A stretch of DNA of 64,000 nt. Origin: Gemmatimonadota bacterium. GTDB taxonomy: Bacteria; Gemmatimonadota; Gemmatimonadetes; Palauibacterales; Palauibacteraceae. Below are positions 27,468 to 36,269 of the stretch, in pieces; position 1 is the stretch's first letter, and each line of letters opens with the position of its first letter. The stretch spans positions 2,160-66,159 of the forward strand of contig JBDHLB010000009.1 of assembly GCA_039586095.1 (NCBI GenBank), written 5' to 3'. A program made the translations under genes and the position numbers. Under the pieces are notes generated by a model. It made no database searches. It worked only from the letters and a program-made list of their open reading frames with translations, and was not told the origin of the DNA.

Positions 27468-29318
27468 CTACGGAAAGGACACCGGGGCCTCGCCCGAGCA
27501 CTCGGCCGGGGTCTCGGGCGTCCACCCCGCGTTGCACACCTCGTATGTGAAGGTGCCCGAGACGTCCTTCCCCAGGTTGTCTGTATACGAGCCGGCGTTG
27601 TCCACGCCGAGCGCGATCGTCCCGCCGTTCCGCCACACGTCCACCAGGGGGCCGCCGCCTGTCCAGTCGAGGACGGCGCGCCAGTTCTTCCCCTTCTGAA
27701 CTTTCGTAACCTGGAAGACGCCGAACGGCGCCGGTGGGTCGCCGGTACCGGCCGCTGGCTCACGGTACGGACTGCACGGTGGCGACGCGTAGTCGGTGCC
27801 GTCCTCGAAGGCACCCGTGAGGCCGGTCACACAGAAACTGAAGCTGGTGGCGTTGCGGATCATGCCCGTTGTGAGTTCGACCATGCCGTCGCTGCCGGTC
27901 ACGCCCGACGAGGTGGCGTAGTCGGCACTTCCATCCACCTCCCATGAGCCGTTCACGGTAACGTCCGCGAGCGGATTCCCTCCGTCATCGACAGCTTGCA
28001 CGGTGACGGTGCCGCTGGCCCGCTTGTTCTTGTTCACCTTCACGGTCACGCCGCTGACCCACTGAACCGTCGCCGTCGTGCACGCACCGCCGGCGCACGG
28101 GTCGACCGGTGTGTTTCCGGAGTAGAGCAGCAGATTCGGCGAGCCGGCTCCCGCGTTCGAGACCACGTTCGACGTGGCCGAGCTCTGCATGGCCGCCCAG
28201 ACCTGCGCCGGAGACCAGTTCCGGTTGGCCTCGAGGTGGAGCGCCGCCACGCCCGCCACGTGCGGGGAGGCCATCGACGTCCCGCTCCAAGTGCCCGTTC
28301 CGTCGCCCATCACAGTCGACGTGATCGACGACCCCGGCGCGAAGATGTCGACACACGTGCCGTAGTTGGAGAACGAGCTGCGGGCGTCCGAGCTGGTGGT
28401 CGAGCCGACGGTAACGGCCTCCGGGGCGCTCGCAGGCGACTTGGTGCACGCGTCCCTGTTGTCGTTGCCGGCCGAGACGGCGAACGTCACGCCGGCCGCC
28501 ACGGCGTTGGCAATGGCGGCGTTCACGGATGAGCTGTAACCACCGCCGAGGCTCATGTTCGCCACGGCCGGGCGGGCATGGTTGTCCATCACCCACTCGA
28601 TTCCCGCGATGACGCCCGCATACGAACCGGAGCCGCCGCAACCGAGCACTCTCACGGAGACGATGTTGGCGTCCTTCGCCACCCCATAGTCCTTGCTGCC
28701 CACGGTCCCGGCCACGTGGGTGCCGTGCCCGTGGCAGTCTGACGCGTCGCTGTCGCCGTCGATGAAGTCCCAGCCGCTGGACAGCCGGGTGCCGAACTGG
28801 TCGGTCCGACCGAAGTCGATCCCCGTGTCGAGGATGTAGGCGTGCACGCCGGTCCCATCACCCGGTGGCACGTAGGAGCCGTCCAGCGGCAACGCCCGCT
28901 GATCGATTCGGTCCAGGCCCCACGAGCCAACCGTCGTCTGCACCACACCGTCCTGCTCGACGTAGGCGACGTTCGGGTTGCGCTGGATCGCGTCGATCGC
29001 CTGAGGCGGCAGGTTGCCCGCGAATCCCTTGAGCGCCCGGCTGTATGTGTACTGGATCGTGCCGCCGTGCGCTCCGACCAGGGCGCGCGCCAGACCCGGT
29101 GGATCGACAACGTCGTCCTGGAACACGACGATCCAGTCGTCCGGGCCGACCTCAGCCGTCTGGACTGTCGCCGCGAGCTCCACCGACCCATCCGGCTGAA
29201 GGGAAAGGGGATCGTCCTGACAGCCTGCGAAAGCGACCGCAACAGCCAGAAAGAAACCGCTGGAACGGCGCAAACGAAGCGTGCGATCTATGCGGGGCAC
29301 ATCGGGCAGCTGAGACAT
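27468..29318 (-). CDS. Subtilisin-like serine protease (peptidase S8, proteinase-K-like) lipoprotein with C-terminal extension domains
   Basis: The catalytic triad is present in context: AYILDTGID (Asp), HGTHVAGT (His) and [11 protein letters not shown] (Ser). An N-terminal I9-like propeptide is present ([10 protein letters not shown]...). I start it at ATG 29318, giving MSQLPDV...[12 protein letters not shown] with a lipobox. Confidence 0.9.
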   Translation of the reverse strand: MSQLPDVPRIDRTLRLRRSSGFFLAVAVAFAGCQDDPLSLQPDGSVELAATVQTAEVGPDDWIVVFQDDVVDPPGLARALVGAHGGTIQYTYSRALKGFAGNLPPQAIDAIQRNPNVAYVEQDGVVQTTVGSWGLDRIDQRALPLDGSYVPPGDGTGVHAYILDTGIDFGRTDQFGTRLSSGWDFIDGDSDASDCHGHGTHVAGTVGSKDYGVAKDANIVSVRVLGCGGSGSYAGVIAGIEWVMDNHARPAVANMSLGGGYSSSVNAAIANAVAAGVTFAVSAGNDNRDACTKSPASAPEAVTVGSTTSSDARSSFSNYGTCVDIFAPGSSITSTVMGDGTGTWSGTSMASPHVAGVAALHLEANRNWSPAQVWAAMQSSATSNVVSNAGAGSPNLLLYSGNTPVDPCAGGACTTATVQWVSGVTVKVNKNKRASGTVTVQAVDDGGNPLADVTVNGSWEVDGSADYATSSGVTGSDGMVELTTGMIRNATSFSFCVTGLTGAFEDGTDYASPPCSPYREPAAGTGDPPAPFGVFQVTKVQKGKNWRAVLDWTGGGPLVDVWRNGGTIALGVDNAGSYTDNLGKDVSGTFTYEVCNAGWTPETPAECSGEAPVSFP

Positions 29319-29598
29319 GCGTCCTCCAACAGCTCGGGAGCGCTCTCCGGGGGGCAACCTGAAAAGCAACTGACAATAAAGGTGTGTCGCCAGTACCTGT
29401 CGGATATCAAGAGGGAGTGACGGATTCGCTACCTGCGCCAACCGGAGGTATCAGAGAGCTGAAGGCTGGAGCCGGTGGCCCGGCGGGGGTTGCTCGGCAC
29501 GCCTTCGGACAAGAACCTTTCGGCACGCCGCGCATGCCGAGACCAACTGGGGTCAGACTGTTGCGGTCTGTTCACGGCTCGCCCGGAGGTTCGATGAC

Positions 29599-30642
29599 GT
29601 GAGGTCCGCACCCGGGGAACGCCACGCTGCGGAAATGTCGGCGCTGCTCGACATGGGATTCGAGCCCGCCCGGCCCCTGCCGGAACGCATCGAAGACACG
29701 ATCCTGCCGTCCGGCGACCACAAGCTCGTGCTCGATCGGCGGGCCATGAGCACTCGCGTTTCGGTCGCTGCCATCCACGACTCCCGGTGCCTGTTGGAGG
29801 ATGCGGCCGGCCGTGCGTTCGAAAAGATGGACCTCCTGATTGGCCTCCTCGATCGGTTTGACGCCGCTTCAGCGGTGGGCGTGCTCAACGCCGAGGGAAG
29901 ACTCGCGGGTCCGCCGCCGGAGCTGACGCTGCTGCTCGATCGATCGGCCGCGGTCCACAGGGCGAGCGGCGGCGCTTTCGACGTCACGGTCCAGCCGCTC
30001 GTGGATCTGCAGAAGGAAGCCGAGGCGGACCCGGATTCGGTCGCCTGGCGGCATGCGCTCGAGACGGTCGGCGCGGATGCCGTGCAAGTCTCCGCCGCGC
30101 GAATCGCTCTCGAGAGGGACGGGATGGGCATCACGCTCGACGGGATCGCCAAAGGCTACATCGTGGATGCGATGGCCGCGGTGCTCGAAGCGCACGGCAT
30201 CGGCCGCTACCTGATCGACGCGGGAGGAGACATCCGGGCCTCCGGCGTTCGGGAGGACGACCTCCCCTGGCTGATCGCCGTCCGGGATCCCCGGCACGGC
30301 GGGATTTTCCCCTCGCCGCTGCGGATGGCGAAGGGAGCCGTCGCGACCTCCGGCGGCTACGAGGCCCGTCTCGATCCGGACGGATCCTGGCACCCCATCG
30401 TGAACTCCCGCACAGGCCGGTCGCCCGTCGACGTCCTGAGCGTGACCGTCGCGGGTCCCACCGCATTCGCCTCGGATGCGCTCGCCACCGCCGCGCTGCT
30501 GATGTCTCCGCGGCGGGGAGCGCGATTCATCGACGCCATGCCTGGGTTCGAGTGCATGGTAGTCGACGGGGAGGGCGAGAGGACGCTTTCGGCCGGCTGG
30601 CCGGACCACCAACAGCTGCACGAGCAGGAAGGCGTGAGATGA
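29599..30642 (+). CDS. apbE: FAD:protein FMN transferase (ApbE family)
   Basis: ApbE pattern: RRAMSTRVSVAAI...FDVTVQPLVDL...ITLDGIAKGYIVDAMAAVL...IDAGGDIRASG...AVATSGGYE. The start is uncertain (GTG 29599 or ATG 29635), and I see no obvious signal peptide. Confidence 0.8.
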   Translation: MRSAPGERHAAEMSALLDMGFEPARPLPERIEDTILPSGDHKLVLDRRAMSTRVSVAAIHDSRCLLEDAAGRAFEKMDLLIGLLDRFDAASAVGVLNAEGRLAGPPPELTLLLDRSAAVHRASGGAFDVTVQPLVDLQKEAEADPDSVAWRHALETVGADAVQVSAARIALERDGMGITLDGIAKGYIVDAMAAVLEAHGIGRYLIDAGGDIRASGVREDDLPWLIAVRDPRHGGIFPSPLRMAKGAVATSGGYEARLDPDGSWHPIVNSRTGRSPVDVLSVTVAGPTAFASDALATAALLMSPRRGARFIDAMPGFECMVVDGEGERTLSAGWPDHQQLHEQEGVR

Positions 30643-31142
30643 AATCGATCTACTCGGGTGCCCAGCTGACCGCGCTGGTGGTACTGCGGTTCGTCGTCGG
30701 GTGGCACTTCTTCTATGAGGGTCTTTCCAAACTCATCAACCCGTACTGGACGTCGGCCGGCTATCTGGAAAGCTCGGAGGGGTTCATGTCGGAGCTCTTC
30801 ATGGACCTGGCGTCCAATCCGGGCACATTGGCTGTCGTCGACCAATTGAACGTGTGGGGGTTGATCCTCGTCGGACTCGGTCTGATGCTGGGTGGGCTCA
30901 CACGCACGGCCACCGTGTTCGGGATCCTCATGCTCCTCCTCTACTACCTGGCCACGCCACCGTGGCCCGGGCTCGAGTACACGATACCGGCCGAGGGCGC
31001 CTACCTGATCATCAACAAGGTCTTGATCGAGCTCTGCGCGCTGCTGGTGACCCTATTCTTCCCCACGGGGCACATCGTCGGACTGGATCGTTTGCTGCGG
31101 TTGGCCCGCTCCCGACGCTCCGTGCAGGAATCCTACGCATGA
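30639..31142 (+). CDS. DoxX-family membrane protein
   Basis: MKSIYSGAQLTALVVLRFVVGWHFFYEGLSKL plus further TM helices fits DoxX. The start forms an ATGA overlap with the apbE stop (30639-30642). Confidence 0.7.
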   Translation: MKSIYSGAQLTALVVLRFVVGWHFFYEGLSKLINPYWTSAGYLESSEGFMSELFMDLASNPGTLAVVDQLNVWGLILVGLGLMLGGLTRTATVFGILMLLLYYLATPPWPGLEYTIPAEGAYLIINKVLIELCALLVTLFFPTGHIVGLDRLLRLARSRRSVQESYA

Positions 31143-31173
31143 TGCCCAGCCGAAACCCGCCGGAGGACGAACG

Positions 31174-32832
31174 ATGAACGATGACATTCATAACGGCGAC
31201 GAAGCGTTCGTCGATGAGGAGAACGTCGACGAGCCGGCCGATAGCGTGAAAGGAGAGCCGGCGGAGGAGCCCGCGGCAGGCCCGGGCGGAGTGGGACGCC
31301 GCGACGTCCTGAAGGCCCTGGCCACCGTCCCGGTGTTCGGCGCGCTGGGATATACGGCGCTGCGTCGCCGGGGACTGGACACCGATGAGCGCCGACGTCT
31401 CCTCGATGAGCTCGGGATCGAGGACGAGGGCGCGGGCCTGTTCTCGGAGCGCGAGACGCGCGTGCACCCGGAGACGGTCCGCGTCGGCATCATCGGATAC
31501 GGTCTCGAGGGAGAATACCTGGTGAGAAACCTGGGCTTCGCGCATCCGGATTGGCTCGAGGAGCGTCGCGCGGCCAAGGAGGAGGACCCACGCGACAACA
31601 GTCTGGAGGAGTGGCTCGCTCAGGAGAACCTGAACGTCGAGCTTACGGCCGTATGCGACGTGTTCGACGTCCGGGCCGAGAGGGCGATCATGGCTTCCAC
31701 CCAGCCGCTTCGACCGGGCGGAGATACCCGGCAGCTGAAACCGGCGAAGCGGTATCGTCATTTCGAGGACCTCATCACGTCGCCGGACGTGGACGCGGTC
31801 ATCATCGCTACCCCGGACCACTGGCACTCTCGGATCACCGTGGCCGCGGCCGAAATGGGCAAGCACGTGTACTGCGAGAAGTGCATGACCCGCACCGAGG
31901 ATGAGGTGTGGCCGATGGCCGACGCGGTGAAGAGCTCGGGAATCGTGTTCCAGCTCGGTCACCAAAACCGCCAGGTCGAGGCCCACGAAAAGGCCCGGCA
32001 GGTGATCCAGAAGGGTATCCTCGGACCCATCACCCTCGTCGAGACCACGACGAACCGAAACGACCCGTGGGGCGCCTGGGTGTGGGAGATCCACAAGGAG
32101 GGAAGCCCGCGCACGATCGATTGGGAGCTGTTTCAGGAGACGGCCGCGAACAAGGTCCCGTTCAGCCTCGAGCGCTTCTTCCGGTGGCGCTGCTGGTACG
32201 ATTACGGAACCGGTCTTTCGGGGGACCTCCTCTCGCACGAGTACGACGCGGTCAACCAGATCCTCGACCTCGGAATCCCGCACTCCGCGACCGCTTCGGG
32301 CGGCATCTACTTCTTCAAGGACGGACGCGACGTGCCGGATGTGTGGCAGGCCGTGCTCGAGTATCCGGACCGGGATCTGACGCTCGTGTACAGCGCCACC
32401 CTCGCCAACGGGTACAACCGGGGGATCCGGGTGATGGGGCACGACGCGACGATGGATGTCGGCGAGCAGCTCACGGTCACGCCGGACGGCACGTCCACCC
32501 GCTACGAGAAGATGCTGGAAGAGGGTCTCCTGAAGACGGATCGGCCGATGCTCACCTACCAGAGCGGCTTCAAGGGGGTGGACGCCGTGACGACGCCCAC
32601 GGAGGAGTACTTTGCGAGCCGCGGGCTCTTGTTCACGTACCGAGGCGGCCAGCGGGTGAGTACCCACTATCTGCACCTTCGGCAGTGGCTGGACTGCATC
32701 CGGTATGGCGAGAAGCCGAGCTGCGACATCGATCGCGGCATCGAGGAGGCGATCACCTGCCACATGGCCACGAAGTCGTACCTGGAGGGGCGCCGCGTCT
32801 ACTGGGACCCGACGGAGCGCAGGATCGTGTGA
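31174..32832 (+). CDS. Gfo/Idh/MocA-family oxidoreductase with Tat signal
   Basis: Twin-arginine region GRRDVLKALATVPVFGALG. Rossmann motif VRVGIIGYGLEGEYL, the family motif VIIATPDHWH and EKCMT (family EKP-like position). Confidence 0.85.
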   Translation: MNDDIHNGDEAFVDEENVDEPADSVKGEPAEEPAAGPGGVGRRDVLKALATVPVFGALGYTALRRRGLDTDERRRLLDELGIEDEGAGLFSERETRVHPETVRVGIIGYGLEGEYLVRNLGFAHPDWLEERRAAKEEDPRDNSLEEWLAQENLNVELTAVCDVFDVRAERAIMASTQPLRPGGDTRQLKPAKRYRHFEDLITSPDVDAVIIATPDHWHSRITVAAAEMGKHVYCEKCMTRTEDEVWPMADAVKSSGIVFQLGHQNRQVEAHEKARQVIQKGILGPITLVETTTNRNDPWGAWVWEIHKEGSPRTIDWELFQETAANKVPFSLERFFRWRCWYDYGTGLSGDLLSHEYDAVNQILDLGIPHSATASGGIYFFKDGRDVPDVWQAVLEYPDRDLTLVYSATLANGYNRGIRVMGHDATMDVGEQLTVTPDGTSTRYEKMLEEGLLKTDRPMLTYQSGFKGVDAVTTPTEEYFASRGLLFTYRGGQRVSTHYLHLRQWLDCIRYGEKPSCDIDRGIEEAITCHMATKSYLEGRRVYWDPTERRIV

Positions 32833-32842
32833 GGGCCGGCCG

Positions 32843-34108
32843 TTGAACGACGCGTCGAGCGGGCGGAGCTCGAGCCGGAAGTTCCAGCTCGGGGCCATGA
32901 TGTTTCTGCAGTACGCCATCTGGGGGGCATGGGCCCCCGTCCTCTCCTCCTACCTGCTCAACGACCAGGGCTTCAGCGGCGGGCAGGTCGGCTGGATTTA
33001 CGCGCTCCTGCCGCTCGCGACGATCGTCGCTCCGATGGTCGGCGGCCAGGTGGCGGATCGGTACTTTGCCACGGAGCGGGTGATCGGGTTCCTGGCACTG
33101 ACGGGCGGTCTCCTCCTCATGGTGGTCGCTCGCATGACGAGCTTCCCCGCGATGGTCGTCCTCATGCTCGTCTATTGCCTGCTCTACGCCCCCACTCTGG
33201 CCCTCACCAACTCGATCGCGATGATCAACCTCGAGGACTCCGAGAAGGAGTTCGGGGCGATCCGCGTCTGGGGGACGCTCGGGTGGATTGCCGCCGGTTG
33301 GATGCTGACCGGCTGGCGCTGGCTCGGTGAGAGCGACGCGCTTCCCGCCATGCAGGGCGACATGCTGCTGCTCGCGGGGGCGCTGTCGATCGTCATGGGT
33401 CTGCACTCGTTCGCCCTCCCGAAGACACCGCCTCAAAAGGAAGGCGTGCGCCCGTGGGCGTTCCTCGAGTCGCTGAAGATGCTGCGGGTGAAGGACTTCG
33501 CGATCTTCGTCGGGATCACGTTCGTCGTCGCCACCGAGCTCGAGTTCTACTACATCCTCACGGCTCCCTTCCTCGAGTCCGAAGCGATTGGAATCTCGAG
33601 CCGGAACGTTCCGGCGGTCATGACGATTGCGCAGTTCGCCGAGATCTTCGTGATGGCGTTCATGCTATCCTGGTCGCTGCAGAAGTACGGCATGCGTAGG
33701 ACCCTGGCGATCGGGGTGATCGCCTGGCCCATCCGCTACGTCGTCTTCGCGATCGGAAGCCCGACCTGGCTCGTCATCGCGTCGCTTACGCTGCACGGCT
33801 TCTGCTATGTTTTCTTCTTTGTGGCTGCGTTCATCTACGTGGACAAGTTGGCGCCGCCAGACATCCGAGCCTCCGCCCAGAGCCTGATCGCGATCATCGC
33901 CCTCGGGATGGGACGCTTCCTCGGAAGCCTGTTCGCCGGGGGGATCCGGGATCTCTTCACCACGGATGCCGGCACGAATTGGACGAACGTGTTCCTGGTG
34001 CCATGCGCGCTGACGACCCTCTGCGCCGTGGCTTTCCTACTGTTCTTCCGCGAGGAGTCGACGCCGGCTCTGGTCGAGGCAGAAACCCGAGACACACGAA
34101 CGGCTTGA
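32843..34108 (+). CDS. MFS transporter, nucleoside:H+ symporter (NHS)-like
   Basis: 12-TM MFS pattern: FLQYAIWGAWAPVLSSYL...GWIYALLPLATIVAPMVGGQVADRY. The start is uncertain: TTG 32843 lies just after the upstream stop, and ATG 32897 is the alternative. The 5' part of the track ORF overlaps the upstream gene. Confidence 0.75.
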   Translation: MNDASSGRSSSRKFQLGAMMFLQYAIWGAWAPVLSSYLLNDQGFSGGQVGWIYALLPLATIVAPMVGGQVADRYFATERVIGFLALTGGLLLMVVARMTSFPAMVVLMLVYCLLYAPTLALTNSIAMINLEDSEKEFGAIRVWGTLGWIAAGWMLTGWRWLGESDALPAMQGDMLLLAGALSIVMGLHSFALPKTPPQKEGVRPWAFLESLKMLRVKDFAIFVGITFVVATELEFYYILTAPFLESEAIGISSRNVPAVMTIAQFAEIFVMAFMLSWSLQKYGMRRTLAIGVIAWPIRYVVFAIGSPTWLVIASLTLHGFCYVFFFVAAFIYVDKLAPPDIRASAQSLIAIIALGMGRFLGSLFAGGIRDLFTTDAGTNWTNVFLVPCALTTLCAVAFLLFFREESTPALVEAETRDTRTA

Positions 34109-34117
34109 GAGAGATCC

Positions 34118-35371
34118 ATGGATAAAGATCGACTGGGCGTCGGATTCGTCGGCGGCGGGTTTGTGGCCCGCTTCCATATCCGTTCGTGGGTCGGAGTCCG
34201 GGACGCCGACGTGCTCGGCGTGGTCGGCGGGGCCGACCCGACCGCCGGGGAGGCGGCCGCCCTGGCCCGTGAGCTCGGCGTCGGCGACGCGAAGGCGTAC
34301 GACACGGTGACCGAGATGGTGGCCGACTCGGCAATCGACGCGATCTGGATTTGTGCCCCCAACTTCGCCCGCATCGAGGTGATGGAGGAGATCGCCGATG
34401 CGGTCGAGTCGGGGAAGGGTGAGCTGGTGGGCGTCGCGTGCGAGAAACCGCTCGGCCGCAACGCCGCGGAGGCCCGCCGCATGCTCGAGCTCGTCGAGGG
34501 TGCTGGCCTGCTCCACGGCTACCTGGAGAACCAGCTGTTTACGCCGGCGGTGGAGCGCGGCAAGGGCATCGTTTGGTCGAGGGGCGCCGCGCTCACCGGT
34601 CCGCCCTACCTTGCGCGCGCGGCCGAGGAGCACGCCGGCCCGCACATGCCGTGGTTCTGGGAGGGCGAGCTCCAGGGCGGTGGGGTGCTGAACGACATGA
34701 TGTGCCACTCGGTCGAGGTGGCCCGTTTTCTCCTCACCCCGCCCGGCGAGGCGCGGGACGCTCTGACGCCGGTGAAGGTGACCGCTCACACCAACTGCCT
34801 GAAGTGGCAGCGGCCCACGTACGCCGCCCGTCTCGCCGAGATGAGCGGCGGCAAGCTCGACTACGAGAACCGTCCGGCGGAAGACTACGCGCGCGGCGTC
34901 GTCGAGTACCGGGGGGCCGACGGCGGCCCCCGCGTCGTCGAGGTGAGCACGTCGTGGTGCTACGTGGGGGCCGGGCTCCGGCTCAGCATGGAGCTTCTCG
35001 GTCCGGAGTACGCTATGGAGATCAACTCCCTCGACCCCGGGCTCAAGGTGTTCCTGAGCCGCGAGGTGCGTGGCGACACCGGCGAGGACCTGGTCGAGAA
35101 GCAGAACGCGGAGACCGGCGTGATGCCGATCGTAGCCGACGAGGAAGCGGAGTACGGCTACACCGGCGAGAACCGCCACATGGTGCGGGCCTTCCGCGCG
35201 GGCCGCATGCCGGACGAGACGTTCGCCGATGGCTTGGCGGTGACGGAGCTCCTGATGACGGCCTACATGAGCGCCGAGCAGGAGCGCACTGTTCTCTTTC
35301 CGCCGCCCGAGCTGGAGACGTTCGTCCCGGCCGTCGCACGCGGCGAGTGGAACCCCGGAGGTGAAGCATGA
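34118..35371 (+). CDS. Gfo/Idh/MocA-family oxidoreductase (cytoplasmic)
   Basis: Rossmann motif LGVGFVGGGFVARFH plus IWICAPNFARIEV and CEKPLGRNAAEA. No signal peptide. Confidence 0.85.
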   Translation: MDKDRLGVGFVGGGFVARFHIRSWVGVRDADVLGVVGGADPTAGEAAALARELGVGDAKAYDTVTEMVADSAIDAIWICAPNFARIEVMEEIADAVESGKGELVGVACEKPLGRNAAEARRMLELVEGAGLLHGYLENQLFTPAVERGKGIVWSRGAALTGPPYLARAAEEHAGPHMPWFWEGELQGGGVLNDMMCHSVEVARFLLTPPGEARDALTPVKVTAHTNCLKWQRPTYAARLAEMSGGKLDYENRPAEDYARGVVEYRGADGGPRVVEVSTSWCYVGAGLRLSMELLGPEYAMEINSLDPGLKVFLSREVRGDTGEDLVEKQNAETGVMPIVADEEAEYGYTGENRHMVRAFRAGRMPDETFADGLAVTELLMTAYMSAEQERTVLFPPPELETFVPAVARGEWNPGGEA

Positions 35372-36111
35372 GGACGCGGGGGGTCCTGATCGCGGCCGTT
35401 ATTCTCGCCGTCGCGGTCATCGGCCTGATGATGTGGGAACGGAGTCAAGCGGAAGGCCCGACCACTGTGCCCGTACACGAGGAGCTCATGGGCCCGGACG
35501 CGGACGCACCGGTGGCTCGAATCACCGAAGAAGAGCTCGCACAGGGGTACGTTTCGCTCATTGCGGAAGGGGACGACGGCCGGTTCAACGAGCGCGGGTG
35601 GAACCACTACGGCCCCGGCCACTTCACCCTCGACCACGACACGGGAATCCTGACCTCGCACGGCGGCATGGGACTCCTGTGGTACGCGGACGAGACCTTT
35701 GGGGACTTTACACTCAGGCTCGAGTTCATGACGTCGGTGCACGAAGCGAACTCGGGGATATTCCTGCGTGTGCCCGGCATCCCGCTTAGCGATGACTATG
35801 TGTTCCACAGCTTCGAGGTTCAGATTGACGCGGCGGCCGCCGAGGGCATCCACCGCACCGGGGGCGTGTACGACGCCGCCGCTCCGAGCGAGAAGCGCGC
35901 GCGGCCTCCCGGCGAGTGGAACGAGATGGAGATCTCCTTTGTGGGCGACCGGATTACGGTCGATCTGAACGGCGCCCGGGTCCTGGACTGGGTGGCGGAG
36001 CCGCGCGGCAAGATCGAGGACTTCGCGGCCCGCGGGTACATCGGTCTGCAGAATCACGACCCGGCTTCCAGGGTCTACTTCCGGAACCTCCGGCTGAAGA
36101 AGCTGGACTGA
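35368..36111 (+). CDS. DUF1080 (3-keto-disaccharide hydrolase family, concanavalin-like fold) protein
   Basis: DUF1080 pattern: GDFTLRLEFMTSVHEANSGIFLRVP...FEVQIDAA...TGGVYD...EWNEMEISFVGDRITVDLNG...GYIGLQNHDPASRVYFRNLRLKKL. N-terminal TM anchor VLIAAVILAVAVIGLMMW. The start forms an ATGA overlap with the upstream stop. Confidence 0.85.
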   Translation: MRTRGVLIAAVILAVAVIGLMMWERSQAEGPTTVPVHEELMGPDADAPVARITEEELAQGYVSLIAEGDDGRFNERGWNHYGPGHFTLDHDTGILTSHGGMGLLWYADETFGDFTLRLEFMTSVHEANSGIFLRVPGIPLSDDYVFHSFEVQIDAAAAEGIHRTGGVYDAAAPSEKRARPPGEWNEMEISFVGDRITVDLNGARVLDWVAEPRGKIEDFAARGYIGLQNHDPASRVYFRNLRLKKLD

Positions 36112-36164
36112 GGGTCTCGGGCGTCCAACACGCGTTCCACACCTCGTATGCGTAGGTGCCCGAG
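36112..36164 (-). repeat. 53-bp copy of part of the 3' coding end of the S8 protease gene (partner 27509..27561)
   Basis: Hand alignment gives 48/53 identical bases (gggtctcgggcgtcca...cacacctcgtatg...aggtgcccgag). It begins immediately after the DUF1080 stop codon. It has no start codon of its own. Confidence 0.8.
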
Positions 36165-36190
36165 CGTTGATCACACCGTTCCGATCTGTG

Positions 36191-36246
36191 CTCCTCGCGC
36201 AGCGACTCCGTATCCCACCCCGCATCCTGCTCCTCCTGCTCGTGCT
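36191..36246 (-). repeat. 56-bp copy of part of the 3' coding end of the kefC-like gene (partner 40883..40938)
   Basis: Hand alignment gives 54/56 identical bases (ctcctcgcgcagcgactccgtatccca[c/g]cccgcatcc[t/c]gctcctcctgctcgtgct). On the minus strand it reads HEQEEQDAGWDTESLREE, against HEQEERDAGWDTESLREE at the KefC C-terminus. Confidence 0.85.
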
Positions 36247-36269
36247 TGCACGTGACCGGGCCGCGTCGG

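Noticed and set aside
31012-32919. 635-aa minus-strand ORF antisense to the Gfo/Idh/MocA gene. Similar long antisense ORFs occur at 7637..9265, 12683..14380, 19098..20888, 21241..23259, 34037..35179, 39496..40713, 56757..58484 and 61582..62997.
   Set aside because: All are Arg/His/Gly/Pro-rich with no recognisable motifs. Each lies exactly opposite a gene with clear family signatures, which is typical shadow-ORF behaviour in GC-rich DNA.
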